DNA of 64,000 bases, from the IMG/VR virus record IMGVR_UViG_2718218139_000007. One strand, given 5' to 3'. Source of the DNA: a virus (Duplodnaviria; Heunggongvirae; Uroviricota; Caudoviricetes). Below the pieces are notes generated by a model. That model did not search any database, was not told the origin of the DNA, and worked only from the letters and a program-made list of their open reading frames with translations. Shown in pieces: positions 8,638 through 19,193 of the stretch. Every line of letters begins with the position of its first letter. Position 1 is the first letter of the stretch. A program made the position numbers and the translations under genes.

Positions 8638-10574
8638 GTGACTCTTAAACGGGCCTGTTCCCTGCTGACGGTGAAATCCTTCAGTGAGGATGAACGGGTG
8701 ATCACCGGGATTGCGTCAACGCCTTCTCCGGATCGGGATGGTGACATCCTGGAGCCGGAGGGGCGGAGTTTGGCAGTACGATCCCGTTTCTCTGGCAGCA
8801 TGACCATTCCCGCCCTGTAGGCCAGTGTACGGTGCGTCGGGTCAGGGAAGGGCTGGAAATCACGGCAATGCTGGTGAAGCCGGAGCCGGGGATGCCCTCC
8901 CAGATGGCAGCCCGGCTGGATGAGGCCTGGGCTGCCATTAAGACCGGGCTGGTCAGGGGGCTTTCTGTGGGCTTCCGGCCCCATGAATACACTTATCTGG
9001 ACGGAGGCGGACTGCATTTTCTGCGCTGGGAGCTGATGGAGGTGTCTGCCGTCACCGTGCCCGCGAATGCGGAATGCACCATCCGGACCATTAAATCTTT
9101 CGACCGCCCGTTTTCTGCCGCGTCCGGCAACCGGAGACCGGTGGTGAAAATCGCATCTTCTGCCGGCGCTTCGGCACAGTCAATAACCTCTTTTCATAAG
9201 GAAAAGTCAGCAATGAATACTGGTGAACAGATTAAAAGTTTTGAAAACAAGCGTGCGGCGCTGGCAGCCTCCCTTGAGGAGATCATGAACAAAGCCGCAG
9301 AGGAAGGCCGCACACTGGATGTGGAAGAGGAAGAGCACTACGACAACACCGCAGCGGAAATCCGTCAGGTGGATGCGCACCTGAAGCGTCTGTGTGAACT
9401 GGAAACCAGTAAGGCCGCCACGGCACAGCCGGTGAAACAGGCCGGTAACGGGAATGTGGCCACGGTGGCTTCAGCGCCGGTGATCCGTGTTGAGCAGAAA
9501 CTGGATAAGGGGATTGGCTTTGCCCGCTTTGCCAAATCATTGGCTGCGGCTAAAGGTGTCCGCTCTGAGGCCCTGGAAGTGGCCCGTCGTCAGTATCCGG
9601 ATGACAGCCGTCTGCACCATGTTCTGAAATCGGCGGTGGGGGCAGGGACCACCACGGACCCGCAGTGGGCAGGCAGCCTGTCTGAATATCAGGAATATGC
9701 GCAGGACTTTATTGATTACCTGCGTCCGCAGACCATTATCGGGCGATTTGGTCAGGGCGGGATCCCTGCACTTCGTCTGGTGCCGTTCAATATCCGCGTG
9801 CATGCCCAGGTGTCCGGCGGTGCTGCCGGCTGGGTGGGGGAGGGTAAGGCCAGACCCCTGACGAAGTTTGATTTTGAGTCCATCACCTTCAGTCATGCGA
9901 AGGTGTCGGCCATTGCGGTACTGACGGAAGAGCTGATCCGCTTTTCCAGTCCGGCAGCTGATGCACTGGTCCGTAATGCGCTGGCAGAAGCGGTGGTGGC
10001 GCGTCTGGACACAGACTTTGTGGACCCGAAAAAAGCTGCAGTGGCAGATGTCTCCCCGGCGTCCATCACCCATGATGTGAAGGGCACGGCATCAACCGGT
10101 AACCCGGATGCGGATGCCGAGGCCGCGTTTGGCCAGTTTGTGACGGCAAGTCTGCAGCCCACTGGTGCTGTCTGGCTGATGTCCAGCACGAATGCCCTGG
10201 CGCTGTCCATGCGTAAAAATGCGCTGGGTCAGAAGGAATATCCGGACATGACCCTGCTGGGCGGGACCTTTCAGGGGCTTCCGGTGATTGTCTCCCAGTA
10301 TGTGGGTGACCAGCTGGTACTGGTGAATGCACCGGATATTTATCTGGCGGATGACGGCGGTGTGGCAGTGGATATGTCCCGTGAAGCGTCACTGGAAATG
10401 CAGTCTGAGCCGGGCGGCGACAGCACCACACCGTCGCCGGTGGAGCTGGTTTCCATGTTCCAGACCGGCAGCGTGGCCATCCGTGCGGAGCGCTGGATCA
10501 ACTGGCGTCGTCGCCGTACTGCGGCGGTGGCGGTGATCACCGGTGTGAACTACGGCAGTGCGTCCGGCGGCTGA
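8638..10574 (+). CDS. Prohead protease fused to scaffold-like region and HK97-type major capsid protein; carries a frameshift at a G-run near 8760-8763
   Basis: Frame 1 gives the protease N-terminus (…GIASTPSPDRDGDILEPEG), frame 0 continues with the protease His motif (PFLWQHDHSRPVGQ), a coiled-coil segment and the capsid domain; a single G in GGGG separates the frames. Confidence 0.6.
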
Positions 10575-10618
10575 GTCTGATGAGGAGGGCGGGAGGTGAG
10601 AGCGTCCCGCAGTAACTG

Positions 10619-10840
10619 ATGGCAAAAATCCGATATCTGCAGGGTACACATGATGCCCGGCCCGGGGATATCCGGGATGTCGCACAGCCGTGTGCGGAGG
10701 TGCTGGTTCGCCTGAGGAAGGCGGAGTACATCACAGCGCGACGTCCGGTGGGTCAGAAAAAGAAACATGATGCGGAGCATAGCGAATGTGGAACTTTTTG
10801 CGACGAACCCGAAAAAACCAGAAATCAGGACGTGATGTAA
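10619..10840 (+). CDS. Hypothetical small phage protein (73 aa)
   Basis: ORF between capsid and portal genes; overlaps the annotated portal start; no recognised motif. Confidence 0.3.
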   Translation: MAKIRYLQGTHDARPGDIRDVAQPCAEVLVRLRKAEYITARRPVGQKKKHDAEHSECGTFCDEPEKTRNQDVM

Positions 10841-12150
10841 AAGAGGTGGGCTGGACCAGCCTGTTTCAGGCGGTGGCTGAGCCCTTTGCCGGCGCCTGGC
10901 AGCAGGGTGTGAAAGCCGATCCGGAAAGTGTCCTCTCCTTTCATGCGGTGTTTTCTTGCATTTCGCTGATATCCCAGGATATCGCCAAAATGCGGCTGCG
11001 CCTGATGCAGACGGATACACAGGGGATCCGCCGTGAAAAACGGCAGGGGGATATTGCCCGTCTCTGTCGTCGTCCCAATGCACAGCAGAATCGTATCCAG
11101 TTTTTTGAACTGTGGCTGAACGCCAAACTGCGTCACGGCAATACGGTGGTGCTGAAAATCCGTAACTCCCGGGGGCAGATCAAAGAACTGCGTATTCTGG
11201 ACTGGAGCCGGGTTGAACCTCTGGTGGCGGATGACGGCGAGGTGTTCTATCGCATCACGCCGGACCGGAACTGCGGGATCACGGAGGCGGTGACGGTGCC
11301 TGCCCGGGAAGTGATCCACGACCGGTTTAACTGTTTTTTTCATCCGCTTGTGGGGCTGCCGCCGGTGTATGCCGCCGGGCTGGCGGCCACGCAGGGGCAT
11401 CATATTCAGGAAAATTCGACGTCTTTTTTCAGAAATGGCGGCAGGCCGTCCGGGGTGATTGAGATCCCCGGCAGTATTACGGAAGAAAATGCGAAAAAAC
11501 TGAAGAGCAACTGGGACAGCGGGTATACCGGCGAAAATGCGGGGAAAACGGCCATTTTGAGCAACGGGGCAAAATACAACCCCACGACGTTTTCACCGGT
11601 GGATGCGCAGACGGTGGAACAACTGAAGATGACCGCTGAAATTGTCTGTTCGGTGTTCCGTGTCCCGGCCTACAAGATTGGCGTTGGCCAGCCACCTTCC
11701 AGTGACAACGTGGAGGCGCTGGAGCAGCAGTATTATTCCCAGTGCCTGCAGACGCTGATTGAGTCCATTGAACTGTTACTGGATGAGGCGCTGGAAACGG
11801 GGGAAAACGAGAGTACGGAGTTTGACGTCACCACGCTGCTGAGAATGGACAGCGAACGGCGCATGAAAACGCTGGGTGAGTCGGTGAAAAATACGCTTCT
11901 CACGCCCAATGAGGCCCGTAAACGTGAGAACCTGCCGCCCCTTGCCGGCGGTGATGCACTGTATCTTCAGCAGCAGAACTACAGTCTGGAGGCGCTGTCC
12001 CGTCGTGATGCCCGTGAAGATCCGTTTGCGTCGTCCGGGAAAAGAGTTTCAGCCCAACTGCCTGACGGCGCATCTGACGGTAATAAGGCAATCAGTGAAA
12101 CAGAGCATGGTGCGGTGAAAGCGATGTTGAGGGGGATACTGCGAAAATGA
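10786..12150 (+). CDS. Portal protein (HK97 family)
   Basis: 454-aa protein with portal-like core (…ENAGKTAILSNGAKYNPTTFSPVDAQ…FRVPAYKIGVGQ…); unusual position downstream of the capsid gene. Confidence 0.65.
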   Translation: MWNFLRRTRKNQKSGRDVKEVGWTSLFQAVAEPFAGAWQQGVKADPESVLSFHAVFSCISLISQDIAKMRLRLMQTDTQGIRREKRQGDIARLCRRPNAQQNRIQFFELWLNAKLRHGNTVVLKIRNSRGQIKELRILDWSRVEPLVADDGEVFYRITPDRNCGITEAVTVPAREVIHDRFNCFFHPLVGLPPVYAAGLAATQGHHIQENSTSFFRNGGRPSGVIEIPGSITEENAKKLKSNWDSGYTGENAGKTAILSNGAKYNPTTFSPVDAQTVEQLKMTAEIVCSVFRVPAYKIGVGQPPSSDNVEALEQQYYSQCLQTLIESIELLLDEALETGENESTEFDVTTLLRMDSERRMKTLGESVKNTLLTPNEARKRENLPPLAGGDALYLQQQNYSLEALSRRDAREDPFASSGKRVSAQLPDGASDGNKAISETEHGAVKAMLRGILRK

Positions 12151-15100
12151 CGGAACGGGAACTGTCCATTATTCGTGCACTGGGAGAAGAATTCGCCACG
12201 GTGCTGGCGGATTTACAGCGCACATTTGAGGAGAAGATGGCCGCGCAGGCACAAGCGTTTGAAGAGAAACTGGCTTCCCTGTCGGCGGTATTACAGAAGC
12301 ATGTGACGGTGGATGAGGTACATCCGGTTCTGCAGGCGATGGTGGATGACGCTGCCACCGGACACCTGATTTCACTGGCTGATGAGTGGAGTTCCGTGAA
12401 TGCCCGTCTGAAACAGGCGTCGCAGTCATCTGATGAATTTTCGTCATCACAGAAAGTGCTGATGGATATCAGCCAGCGGACAGGCACGGCATTTTCGGAT
12501 AATGCGGCCCTGTTTGCCCGTTCGGCTGCCTCGATGCGTGAATATGGTTACAGTGCCGGTGATGTACTGAAGGTGACGGAGGCCATTTCGACAGGGCTGA
12601 AAATATCCGGTGCCAGTACGGCAGAGGCGGGCTCGGTGATCACCCAGTTCAGCCAGGCGCTGGCACAGGGTGTGTTACGGGGTGAGGAATTTAATTCGGT
12701 CAATGAAAGCGGAGACCGGATCATACGTGCACTGGCTGCGGGTATGGGCGTGGCCCGTAAAGACCTTAAGGCGATGGCGGACGACGGCAAACTGACGGCG
12801 GATAAAGTCGTTCCTGCGTTAATCAGCCAGCTGGGGGTATTGCGTGATGAATATGCCGCCATGCCGGAAACGGTCTCTGACGGGATCACAAAGGTGGAAA
12901 ACGCCTTTATGGCCTGGGTGGGTGGCGCGAATGAAGCCAGCGGAGCGACGAAAACGCTCTCCGGCGTGCTGAACGGTGTTGCCGGTAATATTGATAATGT
13001 GGCAACAGCCGCGGGGGCGCTGGTTGCCGTCGGGGTGGCCCGGTACTTTGGCAATATGGCCGCAGGCGTGGGAAAGGCCACCACAGAGCTGATCGCGGCG
13101 AAGTCCGGGACGGTTGCCCTTGCAGCCGCACAGGCAGATGCGGCTGTTCAGGTGCAGCGTAAGGCGGCAGCTGACGCGCTGGCGGCAGAACGTGCCTGGC
13201 AACTGGCACAGGCTGAACTTGCACTGGCCAGAAATAGCAGTGCGGAGGCGCTGCCCACACAGAATGCCGTCGCAAAACGCCGGGCCATGATTGTGGCCAA
13301 TGCCGCACTGGTACAGTCGAATCAGGCGGTGGCGGCCTCGAGGAAGGCGCTGGAGAATGCCACGTCGGTTACGGGAATGCTGAAAAGTGGCGCGGCATCC
13401 CTGCTTTCGCTTGTCGGCGGGATACCCGGTTTACTGATGCTGGGAGCCGGTGCCTGGTACACGGTGTACCAGAATCAGGAACAGGCCAGGGAGTCCGCCC
13501 GTCAGTATGCATCGACGATTGATGAAATCCGGGCAAAGGTACCGGGAATGACCCTTCCGGAACTGGCTGATAATGAGGGTAAAACTCGCGAGGCACTGGA
13601 AGAGCAGAATCGTCTGATTGCTGAGCAGGAAAGTAAAGTCCGGGGACTGAAAACACAGATTGCTGACTATCAGCGCTGGCTGCAGGAAAATCCACAGGGT
13701 GGTTCAGGTGTGGAGATTATAACCCACGGCCTTGCGGAGGCAACTGGCAAACTGGCGGTTGAACAGTCACGACTGACACAGATGCAGGAAAAGGCGAAGT
13801 CTGTACAGGAAGCTCTGGCGTCACTGGAATACAACCGTGTGGCGAGGATACGCGAGGAGGCAGCAGAGCAGAACAGAGCATACCAGGCATTGCTGCAGAT
13901 GAATGTTCAGCATACGGAATTTAACCGTCTGCTGGGGCTGGGGAATGAACTGCTTCAGCAGCGGCAGGGACTGGTGAATGTGCCGTTACGGCTGCCACAG
14001 GCCACCCTGGATGATAAACAGCAGAGTGCCCTGACAAAAACAGAGCGTGAGCTGGCCCTGTCCAGACTGAAAGGGGAAGAAAAAGAGCGTGTCCGGCTGG
14101 GGTATGCGGCGGATGACCTCGGTTTTGTGGGGGATCCGTATCAGGAGGCGAGACAGCGTTATATCAGTAATGCCCTGGAAGCCTGGCGCAATAACGAGGC
14201 GAATAAACCTAAATCCCGGGGTGGAAAATCAGAGCCGGAAAAAGCGGAAGACAGTTTTTCCCGGCTGCTTAAGCAGCAGAAGGCGCAACTGGCACTGGCC
14301 GGTCAGAACACGGAGCTGGCGAAGCTGAAGTACCAGACAGCGCTGGGTGAGCTGAAAACCCTGACGGAGATGCAGAAGCAGGAACTGCTGCGTAACGCGG
14401 CCCTGATTGACCAGCAAAAAATCCGGGAACAGTTGCGATCCCGGGAAGAGACCCTGAAGAATGATAATGTGGCTGCGCGTGCATCAAATGAAGCCGAACT
14501 GCTGGGGTACGGGCAGGGAGAACGAGCCAGGGAACGCATGCGGGAGTTGCAGCAGATCCGCGACAGCTTCCGCCAGAAGGATGCGGACCTTCAGTCTCAG
14601 TATCAGACCGGGGATATCAGTGAGGATTTTTACAGACAGGCACGGGCACAGAACGCGCAGTATCTGAGCGAACGCCTTAAGGACCAGGCAGCCTTTTATG
14701 CCGAATCGGATGTGCAGCGTGCGGACTGGCAGAAAGGGCTGCAGGAGGGATTCAGTAACTGGGTGGATAATGCGTCCGATTACGCCTCTCAGGCAGCACA
14801 GCTGGCGACTGAGGGGATTTCAGGACTGGTGAATAACATCACGGAGATGCTGAACGGAAACAAAGTGGAATGGCGCAACTGGGCCTCATCCGTACTGCAG
14901 GAAATCTCAAAAGTCCTTATGAATGCCGCGATTGTCAACGGGATCAAGACGGCGGCAAACGGTATGTCCGGTGCAGGAGGATTTCTTGGCAGCATTGGTG
15001 ACTGGCTGGGCGGTGCGGTGGTCAATGCAAAAGGCGGCGTGTATACCTCGGCAAACCTGAGCGCGTACAGCAACAGCATTGTGGATACGCCCACGTACTT

Positions 15101-15383
15101 TGCGTTTGCAAAAGGGGCCGGGCTGATGGGGGAAGCCGGACCTGAAGCCATTATGCCCCTGACCCGGGCGGCGGATGGCTCGCTGGGCGTACGCGCCGTG
15201 GGCAGTATGAACGGCAGTGCTGGTCTGGTGTATTCCCCGGTCTACCACATCGCCATTCAGAATGACGGGGCTAACGGACAGATAGGGCCGGAGGCGGCAG
15301 GCAGTCTTGTGCAGCTGATTGACCAGCGGGTGCAGGCGGTGATGCTGTCCATGCGACGTGACGGAGGAATGCTGAGTGGCTGA
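12147..15383 (+). CDS. Tail tape measure protein (lambda H-like)
   Basis: 1078 aa, Ala/Gln-rich coiled coil, conserved GVLRGEEFNSVNE block, C-terminus (…MLSMRRDGGMLSG) like lambda H; followed by M-L-K. Confidence 0.85.
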   Translation: MTERELSIIRALGEEFATVLADLQRTFEEKMAAQAQAFEEKLASLSAVLQKHVTVDEVHPVLQAMVDDAATGHLISLADEWSSVNARLKQASQSSDEFSSSQKVLMDISQRTGTAFSDNAALFARSAASMREYGYSAGDVLKVTEAISTGLKISGASTAEAGSVITQFSQALAQGVLRGEEFNSVNESGDRIIRALAAGMGVARKDLKAMADDGKLTADKVVPALISQLGVLRDEYAAMPETVSDGITKVENAFMAWVGGANEASGATKTLSGVLNGVAGNIDNVATAAGALVAVGVARYFGNMAAGVGKATTELIAAKSGTVALAAAQADAAVQVQRKAAADALAAERAWQLAQAELALARNSSAEALPTQNAVAKRRAMIVANAALVQSNQAVAASRKALENATSVTGMLKSGAASLLSLVGGIPGLLMLGAGAWYTVYQNQEQARESARQYASTIDEIRAKVPGMTLPELADNEGKTREALEEQNRLIAEQESKVRGLKTQIADYQRWLQENPQGGSGVEIITHGLAEATGKLAVEQSRLTQMQEKAKSVQEALASLEYNRVARIREEAAEQNRAYQALLQMNVQHTEFNRLLGLGNELLQQRQGLVNVPLRLPQATLDDKQQSALTKTERELALSRLKGEEKERVRLGYAADDLGFVGDPYQEARQRYISNALEAWRNNEANKPKSRGGKSEPEKAEDSFSRLLKQQKAQLALAGQNTELAKLKYQTALGELKTLTEMQKQELLRNAALIDQQKIREQLRSREETLKNDNVAARASNEAELLGYGQGERARERMRELQQIRDSFRQKDADLQSQYQTGDISEDFYRQARAQNAQYLSERLKDQAAFYAESDVQRADWQKGLQEGFSNWVDNASDYASQAAQLATEGISGLVNNITEMLNGNKVEWRNWASSVLQEISKVLMNAAIVNGIKTAANGMSGAGGFLGSIGDWLGGAVVNAKGGVYTSANLSAYSNSIVDTPTYFAFAKGAGLMGEAGPEAIMPLTRAADGSLGVRAVGSMNGSAGLVYSPVYHIAIQNDGANGQIGPEAAGSLVQLIDQRVQAVMLSMRRDGGMLSG

Positions 15384-15717
15384 GATAAAAACGCTGCATC
15401 TGGTCCCGCGTGAAGGGATGCAGGTGAGTGAGAAGCCGTCGGTGGTGAGGGTGCGGTTTGGTGACGGTTATGAACAGCGCCGCCCCACAGGGCTGAATCC
15501 TCAACTGAAGACGTTTCAGGCGGTGTTCCGGGTGACGGATGAGTCAACCCGGTGCTGGCTGGATGAATTTTTATCCTGGCATGGTGGTTACCGTGCCTTT
15601 TTATGGCGACCGCCGAAACATAACCGGATGGTCAGGGTGGTATGCCGTGAGTGGAGCGTCACGGATAACGTCCGGTACAGTGATTTCAGTTGTACGATTG
15701 AGCAGGTGGTGAACTGA
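15376..15717 (+). CDS. Minor tail protein M
   Basis: 113-aa lambda-M-like protein (…RFGDGYEQR…FLWRPP…) at the H-M-L-K position. Confidence 0.85.
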   Translation: MAEIKTLHLVPREGMQVSEKPSVVRVRFGDGYEQRRPTGLNPQLKTFQAVFRVTDESTRCWLDEFLSWHGGYRAFLWRPPKHNRMVRVVCREWSVTDNVRYSDFSCTIEQVVN

Positions 15718-16415
15718 TGCAGGACATTCATGAAGAAAGTCTGAACGAGTCGGTTAAATCAGAGCAGTCACCGCGGGTGGTGCTCTGGGAAATTGACCTG
15801 ACGGTGCAGGGTGGTGAGCGGTATTTTTTCTGCAATGAGCTGAATGAAAAAGGGGAGCCGGTCACCTGGCAGGGGCGGAAGTACCAGGCATACCCGATTG
15901 ACGGCAGTGGCTTTGAGATGAACGGGAAGGGCAGCAGTGCCAGACCGTCGATGACGGTGTCCAATCTGTTCGGTCTGGTCACCGGGATGGCGGAAGACCT
16001 GCAGAGTCTGGTGGGGGCCACGGTGGTCCGCCGCCGGGTGTATGCCCGTTTTCTGGATGCGGTGAATTTCGTTGCGGGCAATCCGGAGGCAGACCCGGAG
16101 CAGGAGCTGAGTGACCGCTGGGTGGTGGAGCAGATGTCGCAGCTGACAGCCATGACGGCCTCGTTTGTGCTGGCCACACCGACCGAGACGGACGGAGCGC
16201 TGTTTCCCGGTCGCATCATGCTGGCGAACACCTGTATGTGGGATTACCGGGGAGAGGAGTGCGGTTTCACCGGCGGGGCGGTGGCGGATGAGTTCGACAA
16301 CCCCACCACGGATATCCGGAAGGACAGATGCAGTAAATGCATGCGCGGGTGTGAGATGCGCGGCATGGTGGCTAATTTCGGCGGTTTCCTTTCCATTAAT
16401 AAACTTTCGCAGTAA
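15717..16415 (+). CDS. Minor tail protein L
   Basis: 232-aa lambda-L-like protein with C-terminal Cys cluster; intact counterpart of the frameshifted copy at 54514-55211. Confidence 0.85.
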   Translation: MQDIHEESLNESVKSEQSPRVVLWEIDLTVQGGERYFFCNELNEKGEPVTWQGRKYQAYPIDGSGFEMNGKGSSARPSMTVSNLFGLVTGMAEDLQSLVGATVVRRRVYARFLDAVNFVAGNPEADPEQELSDRWVVEQMSQLTAMTASFVLATPTETDGALFPGRIMLANTCMWDYRGEECGFTGGAVADEFDNPTTDIRKDRCSKCMRGCEMRGMVANFGGFLSINKLSQ

Positions 16416-16425
16416 ATCCCGTTTT

Positions 16426-17226
16426 ATGACACAGACTGAATCAGCGATTCTGGCGCATGCCCGGCGGTGTGCGCCAGCGGAGTCGTGCGGCTTCGTGATA
16501 AGCACCCCGGAGGGCGAACGGTACCAGCCCTGTGTGAATGTCTCCGCAGAGCCGGAGGCGTATTTTCGTATTGCACCGGAAGACTGGCTGCGGGCAGAGA
16601 TGCAGGGGGAGATTGTGGCACTGGTCCACAGTCATCCCGGTGGTCTGCCCTGGCTGAGCGAGGCCGACCGGCGGCTGCAGATAAAAAGTGCACTGTCCTG
16701 GTGGCTGGTCTGCCCGGGGGACATTCATAAATTCCGCTGTGTGCCACATCTGACAGGACGGCTCTTTGAGCACGGGGTGACGGACTGTTACACGCTGTTC
16801 CGGGATGCCTACCATCTGGCGGGAATTGATATGCCGGATTTTGAGCGTGAGGATGACTGGTGGCGTAACGGTCAGAACCTTTACCTGGACAATATGGCGG
16901 TCACCGGCTTTTACCGGGTGCCCCTGTCCTCTGCACAGGCGGGCGATATCCTGCTGTGCTGCTTTGGCGCATCGGTGGCCAATCATGCCGCCATTTACTG
17001 CGGCAACGGTGAACTGCTTCACCATCTGCCTGAACAACTGAGTAAACGGGAGAGGTATTCCGAAAAATGGCAACGACGAACGCATTCAGCCTGGCGTCAC
17101 CGCCACTGGCACGTATCTGCCTTCACGGGGATTTACAACGATTTGGCCGCCGCCTCAGCCTGTACCCGAACACGGCGATTGTGGGGCTGCAGGTGGATGC
17201 GGAGCAGTTTGGCGGTCAGCAGATGA
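16426..17226 (+). CDS. Tail assembly protein K (JAB/MPN plus NlpC/P60); 3' end altered by the I-J deletion
   Basis: [24 protein letters not shown]… N-terminus and HSHP metal motif as in lambda K; reading frame runs past the usual K end through the deletion junction at about 17165. Confidence 0.75.
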   Translation: MTQTESAILAHARRCAPAESCGFVISTPEGERYQPCVNVSAEPEAYFRIAPEDWLRAEMQGEIVALVHSHPGGLPWLSEADRRLQIKSALSWWLVCPGDIHKFRCVPHLTGRLFEHGVTDCYTLFRDAYHLAGIDMPDFEREDDWWRNGQNLYLDNMAVTGFYRVPLSSAQAGDILLCCFGASVANHAAIYCGNGELLHHLPEQLSKRERYSEKWQRRTHSAWRHRHWHVSAFTGIYNDLAAASACTRTRRLWGCRWMRSSLAVSR

Positions 17227-19193
17227 CGGTGAACTACCATATCCGCGGTCGCATCATCCAGGTACCGTCAAACTATGACCCGGAAAAACGCACGTACAGC
17301 GGCATCTGGGACGGCAGCCTGAAACCGGCATACAGCAACAACCCGGCCTGGTGCCTGTGGGACATGCTGACTCACCCGCGCTACGGCATGGGAAAACGTC
17401 TGGTGGCGGCGGATGTTGACAAGTGGGCGCTGTATGCCATCGGGCAGTACTGCGACCAGACGGTCCCGGATGGTTTCAGGGGCACAGAGCCGCGGATGAC
17501 CTTTAATGCGTACCTGTCACAACAGCGTAAGGCGTGGGACGTTCTCAGTGATTTCTGCTCGGCGATGCGCTGTATGCCGGTATGGAACGGCCAGACGCTG
17601 ACGTTCGTTCAGGACCGCCCGTCGGATGTGGTGTGGCCGTACACCAACTGCGATGTGGTGGTGGATGATAACGGCGTGGGGTTTCGCTACAGCTTCAGCG
17701 CCCTGAAGGACCGCCACACGGCGGTGGAGGTGAATTACACCGACCCGCAGAACGGCTGGCAGACCTCCACTGAACTGGTGGAAGACCCGGAAGCCATACT
17801 GCGCTACGGACGCAATCTGCTGAAGATGGATGCGTTCGGCTGTACCAGTCGCGGTCAGGCTCATCGTGCCGGACTGTGGGTGATAAAGACCGAACTGCTG
17901 GAAACGCAGACGGTGGATTTCACGCTCGGGTCACAGGGGCTGCGTCACACACCCGGTGACATTATTGAAATCTGTGATAACGACTATGCCGGGACCATGA
18001 CCGGCGGACGTATCCTGTCCATCGATGCCGCCAGCCGCACCCTGACACTGGACCGTGAGGTGACCCTGCCGGAGACAGGTGCCGCCACGGTGAACCTGAT
18101 TAACGGCAGCGGTAAGCCGGTGAGCGTGGCCATCACTGCACACCCCGCGCCGGACCGGATACAGGTCAGCACCCTGCCTGATGGTGTGGAGACATACGGT
18201 GTATGGGGACTCTCCCTGCCGTCACTGCGTCGTCGCCTGTTCCGCTGTGTCTCCATCCGGGAAAACACGGACGGCACCTTTGCCATCACGGCGGTGCAGC
18301 ACGTACCGGAAAAGGAAGCCATCGTGGATAACGGGGCCAGCTTTGAGCCGCAGTCAGGCACCCTGAACAGCGTCATCCCTCCGGCAGTGCAGCACCTGAC
18401 GGTGGAGGTGAGCGCAGCTGACGGTCAGTATCTGGCGCAGGCGAAATGGGACACGCCGCGGGTGGTGAAGGGTGTGCGCTTCAGCCTGCGCCTGACCAGC
18501 GGAAGCGGAGAAGACAGCCGTCTGGTGACCACCGCCATCACCGCGGATACAGAGCACCGTTTCAGCGGTCTGCCGCCGGGGGAATACACCCTGACGGTCA
18601 GGGCGATTAACAGTTATGGCCAGCAGGGCGAACCGGCCACCACCACGTTCAGGATTTACGCACCTGCGGCACCCGCCTCGATTGAGCTGACGCCGGGGTA
18701 TTTTCAGATAACGGCGGTCCCGCGTCTTGCGGTGTATGACCCGACGGTACAGTTTGAATTCTGGTTCTCAGAAAAACGCATCACGAACACGGCACAGGTG
18801 GAAACCTCTGCCCGTTATCTGGGTAGCGGCAGTCAGTGGAGTGTATCCGGCCCGCACATTAAGCCCGGGAAGGATTTCTGGTTTTACGTGCGCAGCGTCA
18901 ACCTGGTGGGGAAATCTGCGTTTGTGGAAGCCAGTGGCCGGGCCAGCAATGATGCAGAAGGGTATCTGGGGCTGTTTCGGGAAAAAATAGGAAAACTGCA
19001 TCTGGCTCAGGGGCTGTGGGAGCTGATAGACAACAGCCAGCTTGCGGATGAGATGGCGGAGATGAAGACCACCATCACCGAAACCCGCAATGAAATCACA
19101 CAGACGGTCAGTAAAACGCTGGAAGACCAGAGCGCCACCATTCAGCAGATACAGCGCGTGCAGTCAGGCAGAAGAGAACGCTGCAAATGCTGA
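17067..19193 (+). pseudogene. In-frame fusion of the first ~33 codons of tail assembly gene I to an internal part of host-specificity gene J, itself truncated at the 3' end
   Basis: Compared with the intact I (55856-56536) and J (56772-60251): MATTNAF…RRLSLY is I, then [17 protein letters not shown]… is J from about residue 213; J sequence stops at about 19163. Confidence 0.8.

Noticed and set aside
8638-8820. 60-aa ORF as an independent gene
   Set aside because: It is the N-terminal part of the prohead protease separated from the rest by a single-base frame change, not a separate gene.
12548-13308. Long antisense ORFs inside the tape-measure gene (12548-13084 -, 12819-13202 -, 12907-13308 -)
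   Set aside because: Proline/arginine-rich translations typical of antisense frames of GC-rich coding sequence; fully nested in a confidently identified gene.
16165-16425. N-terminal 87 codons of the 353-aa ORF 16165-17226 (MCWPHRP…)
   Set aside because: This part overlaps the 3' end of gene L in another frame and has no K-like sequence; the K protein signature begins at the Met at 16426, so the upstream part is treated as a spurious extension.
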